Assembly (NCBI GenBank): GCA_038148515.1
Contig: JAYQVP010000002.1
Location: 166,537 to 230,536, forward strand
From: Poseidonia sp.
Lineage (GTDB): Archaea > Thermoplasmatota > Poseidoniia > Poseidoniales > Poseidoniaceae
Reading direction: 5' to 3'
DNA length: 64,000 nucleotides
This document shows positions 1 through 8,380 of the stretch, in pieces. A program made the position numbers and the translations under genes. Below the pieces are notes generated by a model, which was given only the letters and a program-made list of their open reading frames with translations, had not been told where the DNA came from and did not search any database. Position 1 is the stretch's first letter. Every line of letters starts with the position of its first letter.

Positions 1-930
1 TTCTTCAGCGAGGCTCTGGTCCCATAGGTGGTTGGCGAGAACAGAATGGTCAGAAACAAAGACGATGCTACCGGTGGCTTCGAGTTCACCGTAATCGCCA
101 CCGTTGCTGAGACTTCGCTGGTCCAACACCGTCTGACCGGGGTAGTTGATGCGAATGATCAATCCAGTTTCTCCCTCACCGAGCGTGGGGTTGGACTCAC
201 CTTTGCCAGCGTCGATTTCTGCAGAGGTTGAGGCGTGGGCAAGCACGAGGACTTCTCGGCCCGTGTCGCCCTGCTCGTCCAAGACCTGAATCGCAGTGGG
301 TCGGTGGAAGAGGACCGGCATTCGGCAGTTGCTGATCTGTTCGTCACGAACATTTTGCTCGGAGCACGGCACCGCTTTTTCAGCACCCATTGTAGTGACG
401 TCTCGGTTCACGCTAGCGACGGACCAGATTTTCTTCGTATCTGGGGAGATTCGTTCTCCGTTATCATCGGTGACTTCGTAGTACCGACCGGTATTGATGT
501 CGTCACGAATGGGTGAATCGAAGTATTTGACTCCAAACTCTTCAGCCACGAGTTGAGCGTTGGTGGAGTTTGAAGCGATGATCACCTTGCCAGCCCGCTT
601 CGTGACGAAATCGTGGACGGCTGAAGCCTCGGCCGCATCAAAGGGCTTCTCGGGAGCAGCGATCACGAGGAGGGTTCGGTGGGGGTCCTGCCAGTCGTTG
701 ACGAGCATGGGAGTGGACATCGTGTTGGCGACGTTGAAGTCTTCCAAACTCTCCCGCATCAAGGTCAATTGCTGGTCTTGATAGTCGCCTTCGCTCTCAT
801 AGGGCGAAAACACCGTGGTTTTCCCAGCGGAAACCAGGGCGATGACCACCGATGAAAGAAGAATCGAGACGACCAAACCAACCATCAGCCATGCTTCAAG
901 GCTGAGTTTGGTCTTATCTGCTTCTGCCAT
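1..930 (-). CDS. hypothetical membrane-anchored extracytoplasmic protein (3' end beyond window start)
   Basis: Minus-strand frame opens at an ATG (revcomp of 928-930) and runs past position 1 with no stop, which is why it is absent from the ORF track. The N-terminus 'MAEADKTKLSLEAWLMVGLVVSILLSSVVIALV' is a signal-anchor helix, followed by a soluble domain of more than 270 aa. Confidence 0.5.
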   Translation of the reverse strand, partial: MAEADKTKLSLEAWLMVGLVVSILLSSVVIALVSAGKTTVFSPYESEGDYQDQQLTLMRESLEDFNVANTMSTPMLVNDWQDPHRTLLVIAAPEKPFDAAEASAVHDFVTKRAGKVIIASNSTNAQLVAEEFGVKYFDSPIRDDINTGRYYEVTDDNGERISPDTKKIWSVASVNRDVTTMGAEKAVPCSEQNVRDEQISNCRMPVLFHRPTAIQVLDEQGDTGREVLVLAHASTSAEIDAGKGESNPTLGEGETGLIIRINYPGQTVLDQRSLSNGGDYGELEATGSIVFVSDHSVLANHLWDQSLAEE

Positions 931-1086
931 TTTGTATCACTCCTGACCTCGTTCATAAACGACAGATTTACAACCTTCGGAGACACATTCCACACATAAT
1001 AGTTGCTCAACGATGAGCAGGGCGAAAACGCTGTTTTACGGCCCTATGTATTGGTTTTCCGACGAACGAGAAAAGGCTTGTTTGGC

Positions 1087-1092
1087 AAAAAA
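1087..1092 (-). terminator. oligo-T tract (T6 on minus strand) about 50 nt downstream of the molybdoenzyme operon's last gene
   Basis: Plus strand reads 'ggcaaaaaacagg'. Archaeal termination typically uses oligo-T on the coding strand. The tract lies between convergent/tandem genes at 930 and 1144. Confidence 0.3.
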
Positions 1093-1143
1093 CAGGTGTT
1101 TTCTAACATTTCGCCCCGCTCCGCCATTCTCGGCGAGTCTGTT

Positions 1144-2094
1144 TCATCGGCGACGATGATACGCCCATGTGACGAGGAGGAGGACGAGGGTTTCTGCGGA
1201 GCCGCTCCACGGCATCGAATTGTCATCGCCGGTGGTGTAGTCATCGTCATCGTCGCCCTCACCATCGACAGGTGAATTGTCCACTGATGGGGCGACAACA
1301 TTGACGTTGAACGTTGCAGAGCGCTGGGCGCCGTCACCTTCGGAAGCTACGGAAATCGACACTTCACAGGTACGTTCCTGATGGCTGCTGCTGGCCTCGA
1401 GTTTGAGCGTGAAGGCCATCTTGTTCTTGCCGTCTGGGGCAGTGACGGCGACGACCACATCGGTGAGTTGCTCGAGGTCACCAACCGCCAGATGTGGGCA
1501 ACTTCGCACGATGGCCTCTCCGGATGTGATAGCGTCTTGGGTGTTGCCGAGGTTACTGACTTCAAGCGTAAACTCAACCCAAGAACCTGCAAAGAGTTCG
1601 TTGGTGGGCGGTATGATTTCAGGCACAAGGCGGAACATACGAGGAACGGCGACATCTGCCTCAATGTCCTGTGACCGAAGGGTTGAATCGCCAACTTTCT
1701 CTTCACCGACGACCAGTAATTCGATGCTGGACGAGGGGGAAAACGAGCGGACCTCCTCGGCTGAACCACCTGTGACGGTGATGCGGAAGGTCTCGTTACC
1801 ATTCCCCGGGACTGAGATACTGTCGGGCCCGTCAAAGGAGAAAGGGCCATCCTCGTCGTAGTCATAGGTCAGGTCGAGGTTTAATTCAGCAGGACCGTCG
1901 TTGCTCACGTAATAGACCAATTCGCCAGTGAGGTCCCAATCCTCTTCAAGGTCAACCACATACTTTGGGTCAACGTCGGTCACCCAACCCATCTCCCATG
2001 AAGGGCCGCCGACGTCTTGTGCAGCAACGGGGGGCAAGGCGAGGAGGAGGAGAGCGGCAAGGATCGGGAAACCGACTGCTCTCATGGCTTTCAC
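1144..2094 (-). CDS. secreted acidic surface protein with C-terminal TM anchor
   Basis: Signal peptide 'MKAMRAVGFPILAALLLLALPPVAAQD', an acidic beta-rich body, and a C-terminal 'GEGDDDDDY...LVLLLVTWAYHRRR' anchor. Its start at 2094 overlaps the upstream stop at 2091-2093 (ATGA). Confidence 0.6.
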   Translation of the reverse strand: MKAMRAVGFPILAALLLLALPPVAAQDVGGPSWEMGWVTDVDPKYVVDLEEDWDLTGELVYYVSNDGPAELNLDLTYDYDEDGPFSFDGPDSISVPGNGNETFRITVTGGSAEEVRSFSPSSSIELLVVGEEKVGDSTLRSQDIEADVAVPRMFRLVPEIIPPTNELFAGSWVEFTLEVSNLGNTQDAITSGEAIVRSCPHLAVGDLEQLTDVVVAVTAPDGKNKMAFTLKLEASSSHQERTCEVSISVASEGDGAQRSATFNVNVVAPSVDNSPVDGEGDDDDDYTTGDDNSMPWSGSAETLVLLLVTWAYHRRR

Positions 2095-3065
2095 TCCCCG
2101 TTCATGATGGCCGTCAGAGCACGCTTCACCAGCGTTTTGACCATGGTTCGGCGGTACCGAGGCGGCAGCGCAGTGTTGTTGACAGGCTTAACAGCGGCCT
2201 GGATGTCAACAGCAAGAGCCAGGATGTCCAACGAAGATCCAGCAACATGTCCTTCAACCTGCTCGCTGTGTAGGCGGGGGATGGATTCGAGAGCCGTGCT
2301 CGCCACGGAGAGCGTCTCAAGTTGGCCTGGAACCCAGGCAGCGGCGACGCCGGCTTCTGGAAAATCCCAGGAATCACGAACGCGCAGTTTTTGGTAAGCA
2401 CCCACCATGGAGGAAGCTGAATCCGGAAGGACGATTTTCAACAGCCATTCGCCCGGCTGAAGGACATTCTTCTTCATGCCATCCAGTTCGTAAAAGGCTT
2501 CCAGCGGCAAGGAACGCTCTCCTTCGGGACCCACCAAGACCACCGAGGCCCCCAACACCATGAAATTTGGAGCGAGGTCCCCCTGATAGGTCGCCACGCA
2601 CAACGTGTTTTGATTTGGAATCACACGGCAATCGGCGCCCGTCCCGCAATCGGCTTTGTGACACCAGTCGATGGAACGACGCCAATCTTCGGATTGATTG
2701 TACCAAAAACATCGCGTATCGAGGCACAGGTTCCCTCCAACGGTGGCGCTCTTTCGAATCAACGACGAAGCCACCTTCGAGGCGGCTTGGGCCAACAAAG
2801 GATGCACACCATTGGCCTCCGTTAGTGAAGCGAGGGACACCATACACCCAATCTCGTTGGGCGTCAAACGATGGGCTTCCTCGATACCGGCCAGTGAGAT
2901 AACATGCGGTTTGGGGTTGATTCGCCATTTGTAATTCGGCAGTACGTCGGTGCCACCAGCAACCCAATCAAAGGGCTCACCTCGCTTCATCAAGGAGGCA
3001 GCAAGGTCAACGGCTTCTCTCACCGATGCAGGATGGTGCAACTCAAACGGTGGCATCAGCATCAA
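2091..3065 (-). CDS. xanthine dehydrogenase/CO dehydrogenase family, FAD-binding (medium) subunit
   Basis: 324 aa. The N-terminal 'FELHHPASVREAVDLA...AGGTDVLP' matches the CoxM/XdhB-like FAD-binding fold. A 4-nt overlap links it to the upstream large subunit. Confidence 0.8.
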   Translation of the reverse strand: MMLMPPFELHHPASVREAVDLAASLMKRGEPFDWVAGGTDVLPNYKWRINPKPHVISLAGIEEAHRLTPNEIGCMVSLASLTEANGVHPLLAQAASKVASSLIRKSATVGGNLCLDTRCFWYNQSEDWRRSIDWCHKADCGTGADCRVIPNQNTLCVATYQGDLAPNFMVLGASVVLVGPEGERSLPLEAFYELDGMKKNVLQPGEWLLKIVLPDSASSMVGAYQKLRVRDSWDFPEAGVAAAWVPGQLETLSVASTALESIPRLHSEQVEGHVAGSSLDILALAVDIQAAVKPVNNTALPPRYRRTMVKTLVKRALTAIMNGE

Positions 3066-5872
3066 ACATCACCTCCCATATGCCGTTGTTCTTTCTTCAA
3101 CCAAGCCCGACCAGCGAAGCCCAACTCCGCCAGTTGTTCGGGCAAGGGTTCATCCGCCTCTCGCCAACCGTCCACTTGGTCAGCCAAAGGCTGATTCGGG
3201 TCAAACCCAAACAAAACGCCGTTGACGTATGCCGATGTGTCTTCGCTTCGTTGACGAAGTCGGTCCCGTTCCCGATGTTCGTCGGACCGCTTGACCAGCG
3301 TCGCCTGAAGTGGACCATGGACCAAACGAGGCGACTCCATATTCAATGGGTCATCAATCTTCGCCGCCTTCATGTGCTTCTCAATGCCTTTGTAGACCAC
3401 ATCTGGGGTGAGTGGAAGATCACGCAATCGAATGCCAATGGCGTCATACACAGCGTTGACCACAGCCGGTAAGATTGGCAACAACGGTCCTTCTCCGGCT
3501 TCCTTTGCCCCAAACGGACCTTCCGGGTCGCTAGATTCAACGATGATGGCCTCAACATGCGGCATTTCGTGAACGGAGGGAATCTTGTACTCCAAGAGGT
3601 TGGCGTTTTGAAGGTGGCCTGTTCGACCGTAGACCATCTTCTCGCTCAGAACTTGCCCAAGGCCCATGTGGCAGGAGCCGATGATTTGGCCTTTGACCGC
3701 CAACGGGTTGAGGGCTTTGCCGCAATCGTGAGCAGCCCAAACATTGGTGCAAGATATGAGGCCCGTTTCGACGTCAACATCCACTTCAGCCACGTACGCA
3801 GAGAAGGAATATGCCGGTGCTAATCCGGCAGCGGCTCCTTTGTGCACGCCGCCCATCGGAGGAGAGCGGTAGGCGCCGCGGGCGATGAGCGCCCCCGTGT
3901 CCGCTTGGGCCTTGTGGAGGGCTTCAAGGTACGAGACGCCAATCGAAGGGTCGTGTTTGTAGTAAATTCGGCGGTCGTTCAGTACCAACACATTCGGGTG
4001 ATAGCCCAGCATCTCCCACGCTGCCTTGAGCAACTGGTCGCGAATACCGATAGCGGCTCGAATGGCAGCGTTGGCGTTCATGAAGGTGACGCGGCTCGAA
4101 TACGAGCCGAGGTCAACCGGGCTGGTGTCGCTTTCGTGGCTGCGAACGTGAATCATCTCGATGGGCAAAGCCAGCACTTCCGCTACAACCTGCGCCACCG
4201 CCGTGGTGGAACCTTGACCGATATCGGCTGCCCCCGTGTGCACCGTAACCCCGCCGTCCATGTCGACTTGGATATGGACGGTGGCGTGAGGGAAATTCTT
4301 CGGGTCCCAATGAATCGGCAATCCCGAGCCAGAAATGAAAAAGCCGCAACCGATGCCAATGCCTTTGCCGAGAGGGAGTTGCCGGAATTTCTCGTCCCAA
4401 TTGGAACCCTGACGAACCCGTTCAAGGGCTTCACGCATGCCATTGGAGGTGATGCGGAATCCGCTGATCGTTCGGCTGTGCGGTGGGAGGAGGTTGGCCA
4501 ATCGAAGATCGATGGGGTCCACGTTCATGGACTCGGCCATCTCGTCCAATCCGACTTCGACAGCGCAACGTGTGTTGACCGCACCGTGGCCGCGCATGGC
4601 GCCTGAAGCGGGTTTGTTGGTCCAAACACGAGCGCCAGTGTAGTGGAAAGAGCCCAACTCATATGGGGCGGTCGCTAGCACCCCGTTGTAGTACGATGTC
4701 ACATGGCCGAAGGAAGCAAAACCACCACCGTCAATCAGAGCGTCGATGTCGAATCCTGATATCCGCCCTTCCTCATCCGCAGTCATCTTGACGTCGATGT
4801 GACTTGGATGGCGTCCTCGGTTGATCCAATACACCTCCTCACGGTCAAACGTGATCCGAACAGGGCGGCCGGAGGAACGGGCGAGCAACGCGGCACACAT
4901 TTCGTGGGGGAACGGGTCGGATTTGCCACCAAACCCGCCACCAACGAAGGTACGTATGACATTGATTTGGTGCATCGGCACGTCGAGCACGGTGGACAAG
5001 GCACGGTGAGTGTAGTGCGGCACCTGCTGGGGCGTGTAGAGTTGCAATCGGCCGTTAGGGTCCCAATGTGCGACCACGGCGTGGGGTTCAGTGAACCCGT
5101 GGTGGACACCAGACATCGTCCATGAACCGTGTGAAGATGCATGCGGAGTTTTCACCAGAGAGCGGTCGCCAAATTCTTGAAACACACGCTTTTGGACGTT
5201 CGTCCGGGCAAGGTGGTATTTGCCTCTCCAGTGAATCGGCTCATCATGATCCTCAAGTCCCTTTTTGGGGTCAAAGACGGGTTCAAGCAGTTCCCATTCG
5301 ATGTCAAAAAGAGACAGGGCTTCAATGGCTGTGGCCTCGTCAATTGCTGCCACACAAGCCACGAGATCGCCAACATGGCGAACTTTCTCAACCGCCATGG
5401 CATGCTCGTCCTTGGTAACCGGCAACACACCGAACCGGTGAGGGGCATCAGCGCCTGTGGCCACAGCGACAACGCCCGGTAAGGCCTCGACCCTCGAGGT
5501 GTCGATGGATTTGATGCGAGCGTAGTGATGGGGGGATCGAAGGATTTTACCGATCAGTTCCCCCGGTAATCGGACATCATCGCCGTACCATGCTTGTCCC
5601 GTCACCTTGGCGTTTGAGTCAACCAAAGGAATGGCTTTCCCCACCACCGTGCCGGTTCGGTCACGGTCGTGGATGTGATCGCCTGCGGGCTTCGGCTCCA
5701 ATCCGCCAACCGTTTCAGGGATGTAATTCAGGTCGCGTGGACTCATGGACGGGCGGGAACCGCCCGACCCGGGCGGAGGAAACACTTGCTTGCCCGCAAC
5801 GCGTTTACCGTCTTGACGAACCTCCGGTGCAGAGGATCCGGGTTGTTGACGGTAGCTTCCCATGTTCATCAC
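3062..5872 (-). CDS. xanthine dehydrogenase/aldehyde oxidase family molybdopterin-binding large subunit
   Basis: 936 aa. 'GKAIPLVDSNAKVTGQAWYGDDV' matches the canonical large-subunit start, and the Mo-pterin domains are conserved throughout. A low-complexity N-terminal extension of about 75 aa leaves the true start uncertain. Confidence 0.85.
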   Translation of the reverse strand: MMNMGSYRQQPGSSAPEVRQDGKRVAGKQVFPPPGSGGSRPSMSPRDLNYIPETVGGLEPKPAGDHIHDRDRTGTVVGKAIPLVDSNAKVTGQAWYGDDVRLPGELIGKILRSPHHYARIKSIDTSRVEALPGVVAVATGADAPHRFGVLPVTKDEHAMAVEKVRHVGDLVACVAAIDEATAIEALSLFDIEWELLEPVFDPKKGLEDHDEPIHWRGKYHLARTNVQKRVFQEFGDRSLVKTPHASSHGSWTMSGVHHGFTEPHAVVAHWDPNGRLQLYTPQQVPHYTHRALSTVLDVPMHQINVIRTFVGGGFGGKSDPFPHEMCAALLARSSGRPVRITFDREEVYWINRGRHPSHIDVKMTADEEGRISGFDIDALIDGGGFASFGHVTSYYNGVLATAPYELGSFHYTGARVWTNKPASGAMRGHGAVNTRCAVEVGLDEMAESMNVDPIDLRLANLLPPHSRTISGFRITSNGMREALERVRQGSNWDEKFRQLPLGKGIGIGCGFFISGSGLPIHWDPKNFPHATVHIQVDMDGGVTVHTGAADIGQGSTTAVAQVVAEVLALPIEMIHVRSHESDTSPVDLGSYSSRVTFMNANAAIRAAIGIRDQLLKAAWEMLGYHPNVLVLNDRRIYYKHDPSIGVSYLEALHKAQADTGALIARGAYRSPPMGGVHKGAAAGLAPAYSFSAYVAEVDVDVETGLISCTNVWAAHDCGKALNPLAVKGQIIGSCHMGLGQVLSEKMVYGRTGHLQNANLLEYKIPSVHEMPHVEAIIVESSDPEGPFGAKEAGEGPLLPILPAVVNAVYDAIGIRLRDLPLTPDVVYKGIEKHMKAAKIDDPLNMESPRLVHGPLQATLVKRSDEHRERDRLRQRSEDTSAYVNGVLFGFDPNQPLADQVDGWREADEPLPEQLAELGFAGRAWLKKEQRHMGGDV

Positions 5873-6471
5873 TTCGCATGGCCGGGCGGCATGGTGGGTT
5901 CATCCGGTCCTGTGGGATGGGGGTCGGGATGAGGCTCACTGGCAGCGGCGGCAGGTTCTGCCTCGCCACGATGGATCGCAGCAGCCGCTTCGATGGAGTC
6001 GATGATTTGCTGGTACCCGGTGCATCGGCAAAGGTTCCCTTCAATCGCTTGAGCAATCTCCTCACGAGTCGGGTTATTGTTGGCTTCCAACAACGCCTGA
6101 GAGGTGATGAGGAATCCGGGGGTGCAAAAGCCACATTGCGAGCCCCCATGGGTGGCAAAGCAGGTCTGGATGGGGGCGAGATGGGCCCCATTGGACAGCC
6201 CCTCAACGGTGGTGATGCTGCAACCTTCAACTTGACCGGCCAAGGTCAAACAGGACAACCGAGGCTCGCCGTCGATCATGACCGTGCAGCAGCCGCATGT
6301 CCCCAAATCACAACCTCGCTTCACGCCAAGGGTACCGACCTTGTCGCGCAATACGTCGAGGAGGACAGCGTTGCTCGGAGCAAGGACTTCGTGAGGTTGC
6401 CCGTTCACGGTGGCAGACCACCTCTGACCGGGGGGCGAGGGGATCATCGCGACATGTTCTGTTCCTACCAT
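5869..6471 (-). CDS. molybdoenzyme small subunit, [2Fe-2S] ferredoxin-like (CoxS/XdhA-like)
   Basis: Cys motifs 'CDLGTCGCCTV' and 'CGFCTPG...CRCTGY' typical of [2Fe-2S] small subunits. It carries an acidic/Pro-rich C-terminal tail and overlaps the large subunit by 4 nt. Confidence 0.85.
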   Translation of the reverse strand: MVGTEHVAMIPSPPGQRWSATVNGQPHEVLAPSNAVLLDVLRDKVGTLGVKRGCDLGTCGCCTVMIDGEPRLSCLTLAGQVEGCSITTVEGLSNGAHLAPIQTCFATHGGSQCGFCTPGFLITSQALLEANNNPTREEIAQAIEGNLCRCTGYQQIIDSIEAAAAIHRGEAEPAAAASEPHPDPHPTGPDEPTMPPGHAK

Positions 6472-6553
6472 AGTCGTCCCTGCCTCTGCGTAGGCTCTTC
6501 ACTCTTTGATAATTGGGGGTGGGCGACCTCAAGAATATGTGAGAATTCCGCCT

Positions 6554-7735
6554 TCATTCTTCTTCGCTGTTCAATTCGCTTTCAACTTCACTGGGCCCCG
6601 AAGACGACAAGGGTGCAAGGCCCTGCGTCTGAAGCGGGTCGACTTTCGGTAAAGATTCTATAGAATCGTCGCCTATGAGGGTGCTTCCTTCCCCTCCAAA
6701 CTCACCTTCTCGCTCCTCAATGGCGTTGCGCAGGACAAGACCGTGATACACGCGAAGTTTTCGGGTTTTCACCAAGTCATTGACCACTTTTTCCACCTGT
6801 TGAAGTTCTTGGAGCGAATCTGCTTTCTCGATGGTCGTCAAACACCGCTTGTATTCCTGTCTTCTCGCAAAAAATACCCCAAGATAAACGGGAATCAGCA
6901 AAAAGGGGATGACAAGTTCCTCAAATACAATCTCACTGACACCCGACATCGAAAATTCCATTTCATCCTCGTGAAAGTCTGTGGAAAACGAACCGGGGCC
7001 TAATCCGCCGGCGTAAAAGAACCCCGTGTTGACGCCAAAGTACATGTTGAATGGCGTCTGATCGGGGTCGTATCGGTCAGAACCACGGTCCAGTTCAACA
7101 TCATCAGGCCAACCGTCGTTGTCGTTGTCGTGGTCGAGAACATCGGGAATGGTGTCAGCATCCGTATCGGGGGGAGTGGATTCTGGATTGAAAGGGTCGT
7201 AAAGAACCGTACCTGAGGAGGCAGACCGCTCCATTTCGTTACGAATGCCGTCACCGTCTGCATCGTCATCGTACTGGTCAGGGACAAAATCACCGTCGAT
7301 GTCCGAACAACCCATCAGACGAACGCGGCTCTTCCCGTATGTGAAGGGGCAATCATCCGAAAGTGCGTGCTGGCCTTGGTCGGCATACCCGTCGCCGTCT
7401 TGGTCTGACCAAATCAACGGCTCCTGAGGCCATTTATCCACCTCGTTGTTCACCCCGTCGCCGTCCCGATCAGCGTCGCTGTTGTCGCCGATTCCGTCGC
7501 CGTCGAGATCTGCATGTTCGCTTGCGTTGAATGGAAAAGCATCAGCCCCGTTGCTGGTGTTCCACCCCTCGTCAGGGTCAGACCAACCATCGCCGTCCGA
7601 GTCAAGGCACCCCTGTCGGTCTTCGGTAGAATTCCCTGATTCACACGAAGAAGAGCCCGAAGATTGGCCCACTGCTCCACCGAACATAAGACCGATGCTG
7701 AGGAAGAGCAACACGGCATGTGTACTTGCCCTCAC
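6554..7735 (-). CDS. thrombospondin type-3 (TSP3) repeat Ca-binding single-pass membrane protein
   Basis: Signal peptide, multiple 'DxDxDGxxDxxD' TSP3-like repeats ('DSDGDGWSD', 'DLDGDGIGD', 'DRDGDGVNN', 'DQDGDGYAD'), a TM helix 'IPFLLIPVYLGVFFA', and an acidic cytoplasmic tail of about 110 aa. Confidence 0.7.
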   Translation of the reverse strand: MRASTHAVLLFLSIGLMFGGAVGQSSGSSSCESGNSTEDRQGCLDSDGDGWSDPDEGWNTSNGADAFPFNASEHADLDGDGIGDNSDADRDGDGVNNEVDKWPQEPLIWSDQDGDGYADQGQHALSDDCPFTYGKSRVRLMGCSDIDGDFVPDQYDDDADGDGIRNEMERSASSGTVLYDPFNPESTPPDTDADTIPDVLDHDNDNDGWPDDVELDRGSDRYDPDQTPFNMYFGVNTGFFYAGGLGPGSFSTDFHEDEMEFSMSGVSEIVFEELVIPFLLIPVYLGVFFARRQEYKRCLTTIEKADSLQELQQVEKVVNDLVKTRKLRVYHGLVLRNAIEEREGEFGGEGSTLIGDDSIESLPKVDPLQTQGLAPLSSSGPSEVESELNSEEE

Positions 7736-7823
7736 GGTCTCTTCTTGAGGGGCATTCTTAATGGGTTTATGGGCAGAGCATAACGAGGAACTTTTGTATA
7801 GGTCTTAAGACGAGAATTTTATC

Positions 7824-8378
7824 ATGCAAAAAATCACGTTGTTCTTGGTCCTTACCCTTTTCATTGCCCCGTTGACCGGCTGCACGAGTGAAGAGGACCT
7901 TCAGGAAACCAAATTTCCTTCATTTTCTGCAACGGCTGACAACGGAGAAGACTACGACAACGCTCGATTGAGCGGAAGTCCGTACATCGTCATCTTCTCA
8001 GCAGAGTGGTGCAACAACCCATGCTACACAACTATGCATGCTATTTGGAACGCCATCCCTGAAACCATGGTGCTGGTGATGTCAACCGATCCGGTGGAGA
8101 ACGCTGGTGGCCTTACCCTTACTGAGTGGCACGAATCAGCTAATGCCCATGATGATGACGACGCCAACAATGACGGTGTAACCGACGAATCCGAAGCAGG
8201 TGTCACCCTCACCACCTACGCCTTCATGAAAGGCAGCGAAGCCGGAAAAGCCCTCGATATCACGCGCCCAGGGTCGGTCGTCTTCGTAAACGGTGACGGT
8301 ATTGTGACCTACAAGAACGAGGGCCGAATGGATGACAGTGCCCTCATTCAAGCGAAGTGGGACGAAGCGTCGGCCTGA
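7824..8378 (+). CDS. putative lipoprotein, thioredoxin-like (CX3C)
   Basis: Lipobox 'LTGC' after the signal peptide. 'IVIFSAEWCNNPCYTT' resembles a redoxin active site but with CX3C spacing. Confidence 0.45.
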   Translation: MQKITLFLVLTLFIAPLTGCTSEEDLQETKFPSFSATADNGEDYDNARLSGSPYIVIFSAEWCNNPCYTTMHAIWNAIPETMVLVMSTDPVENAGGLTLTEWHESANAHDDDDANNDGVTDESEAGVTLTTYAFMKGSEAGKALDITRPGSVVFVNGDGIVTYKNEGRMDDSALIQAKWDEASA

Positions 8379-8380
8379 GT

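Noticed and set aside
3842-4606. 254-aa plus-strand ORF (and similar ORFs at 5590-6663, 9536-10327, 15541-16065, 21418-22068, 27989-28675, 33233-33991, 39988-40779, 41202-41924, 45808-46824, 49985-50680, 57287-58369)
   Set aside because: All are antisense or shadow frames lying entirely inside well-supported genes with recognisable motifs. They are Arg/Gly/His-rich with no motifs of their own.
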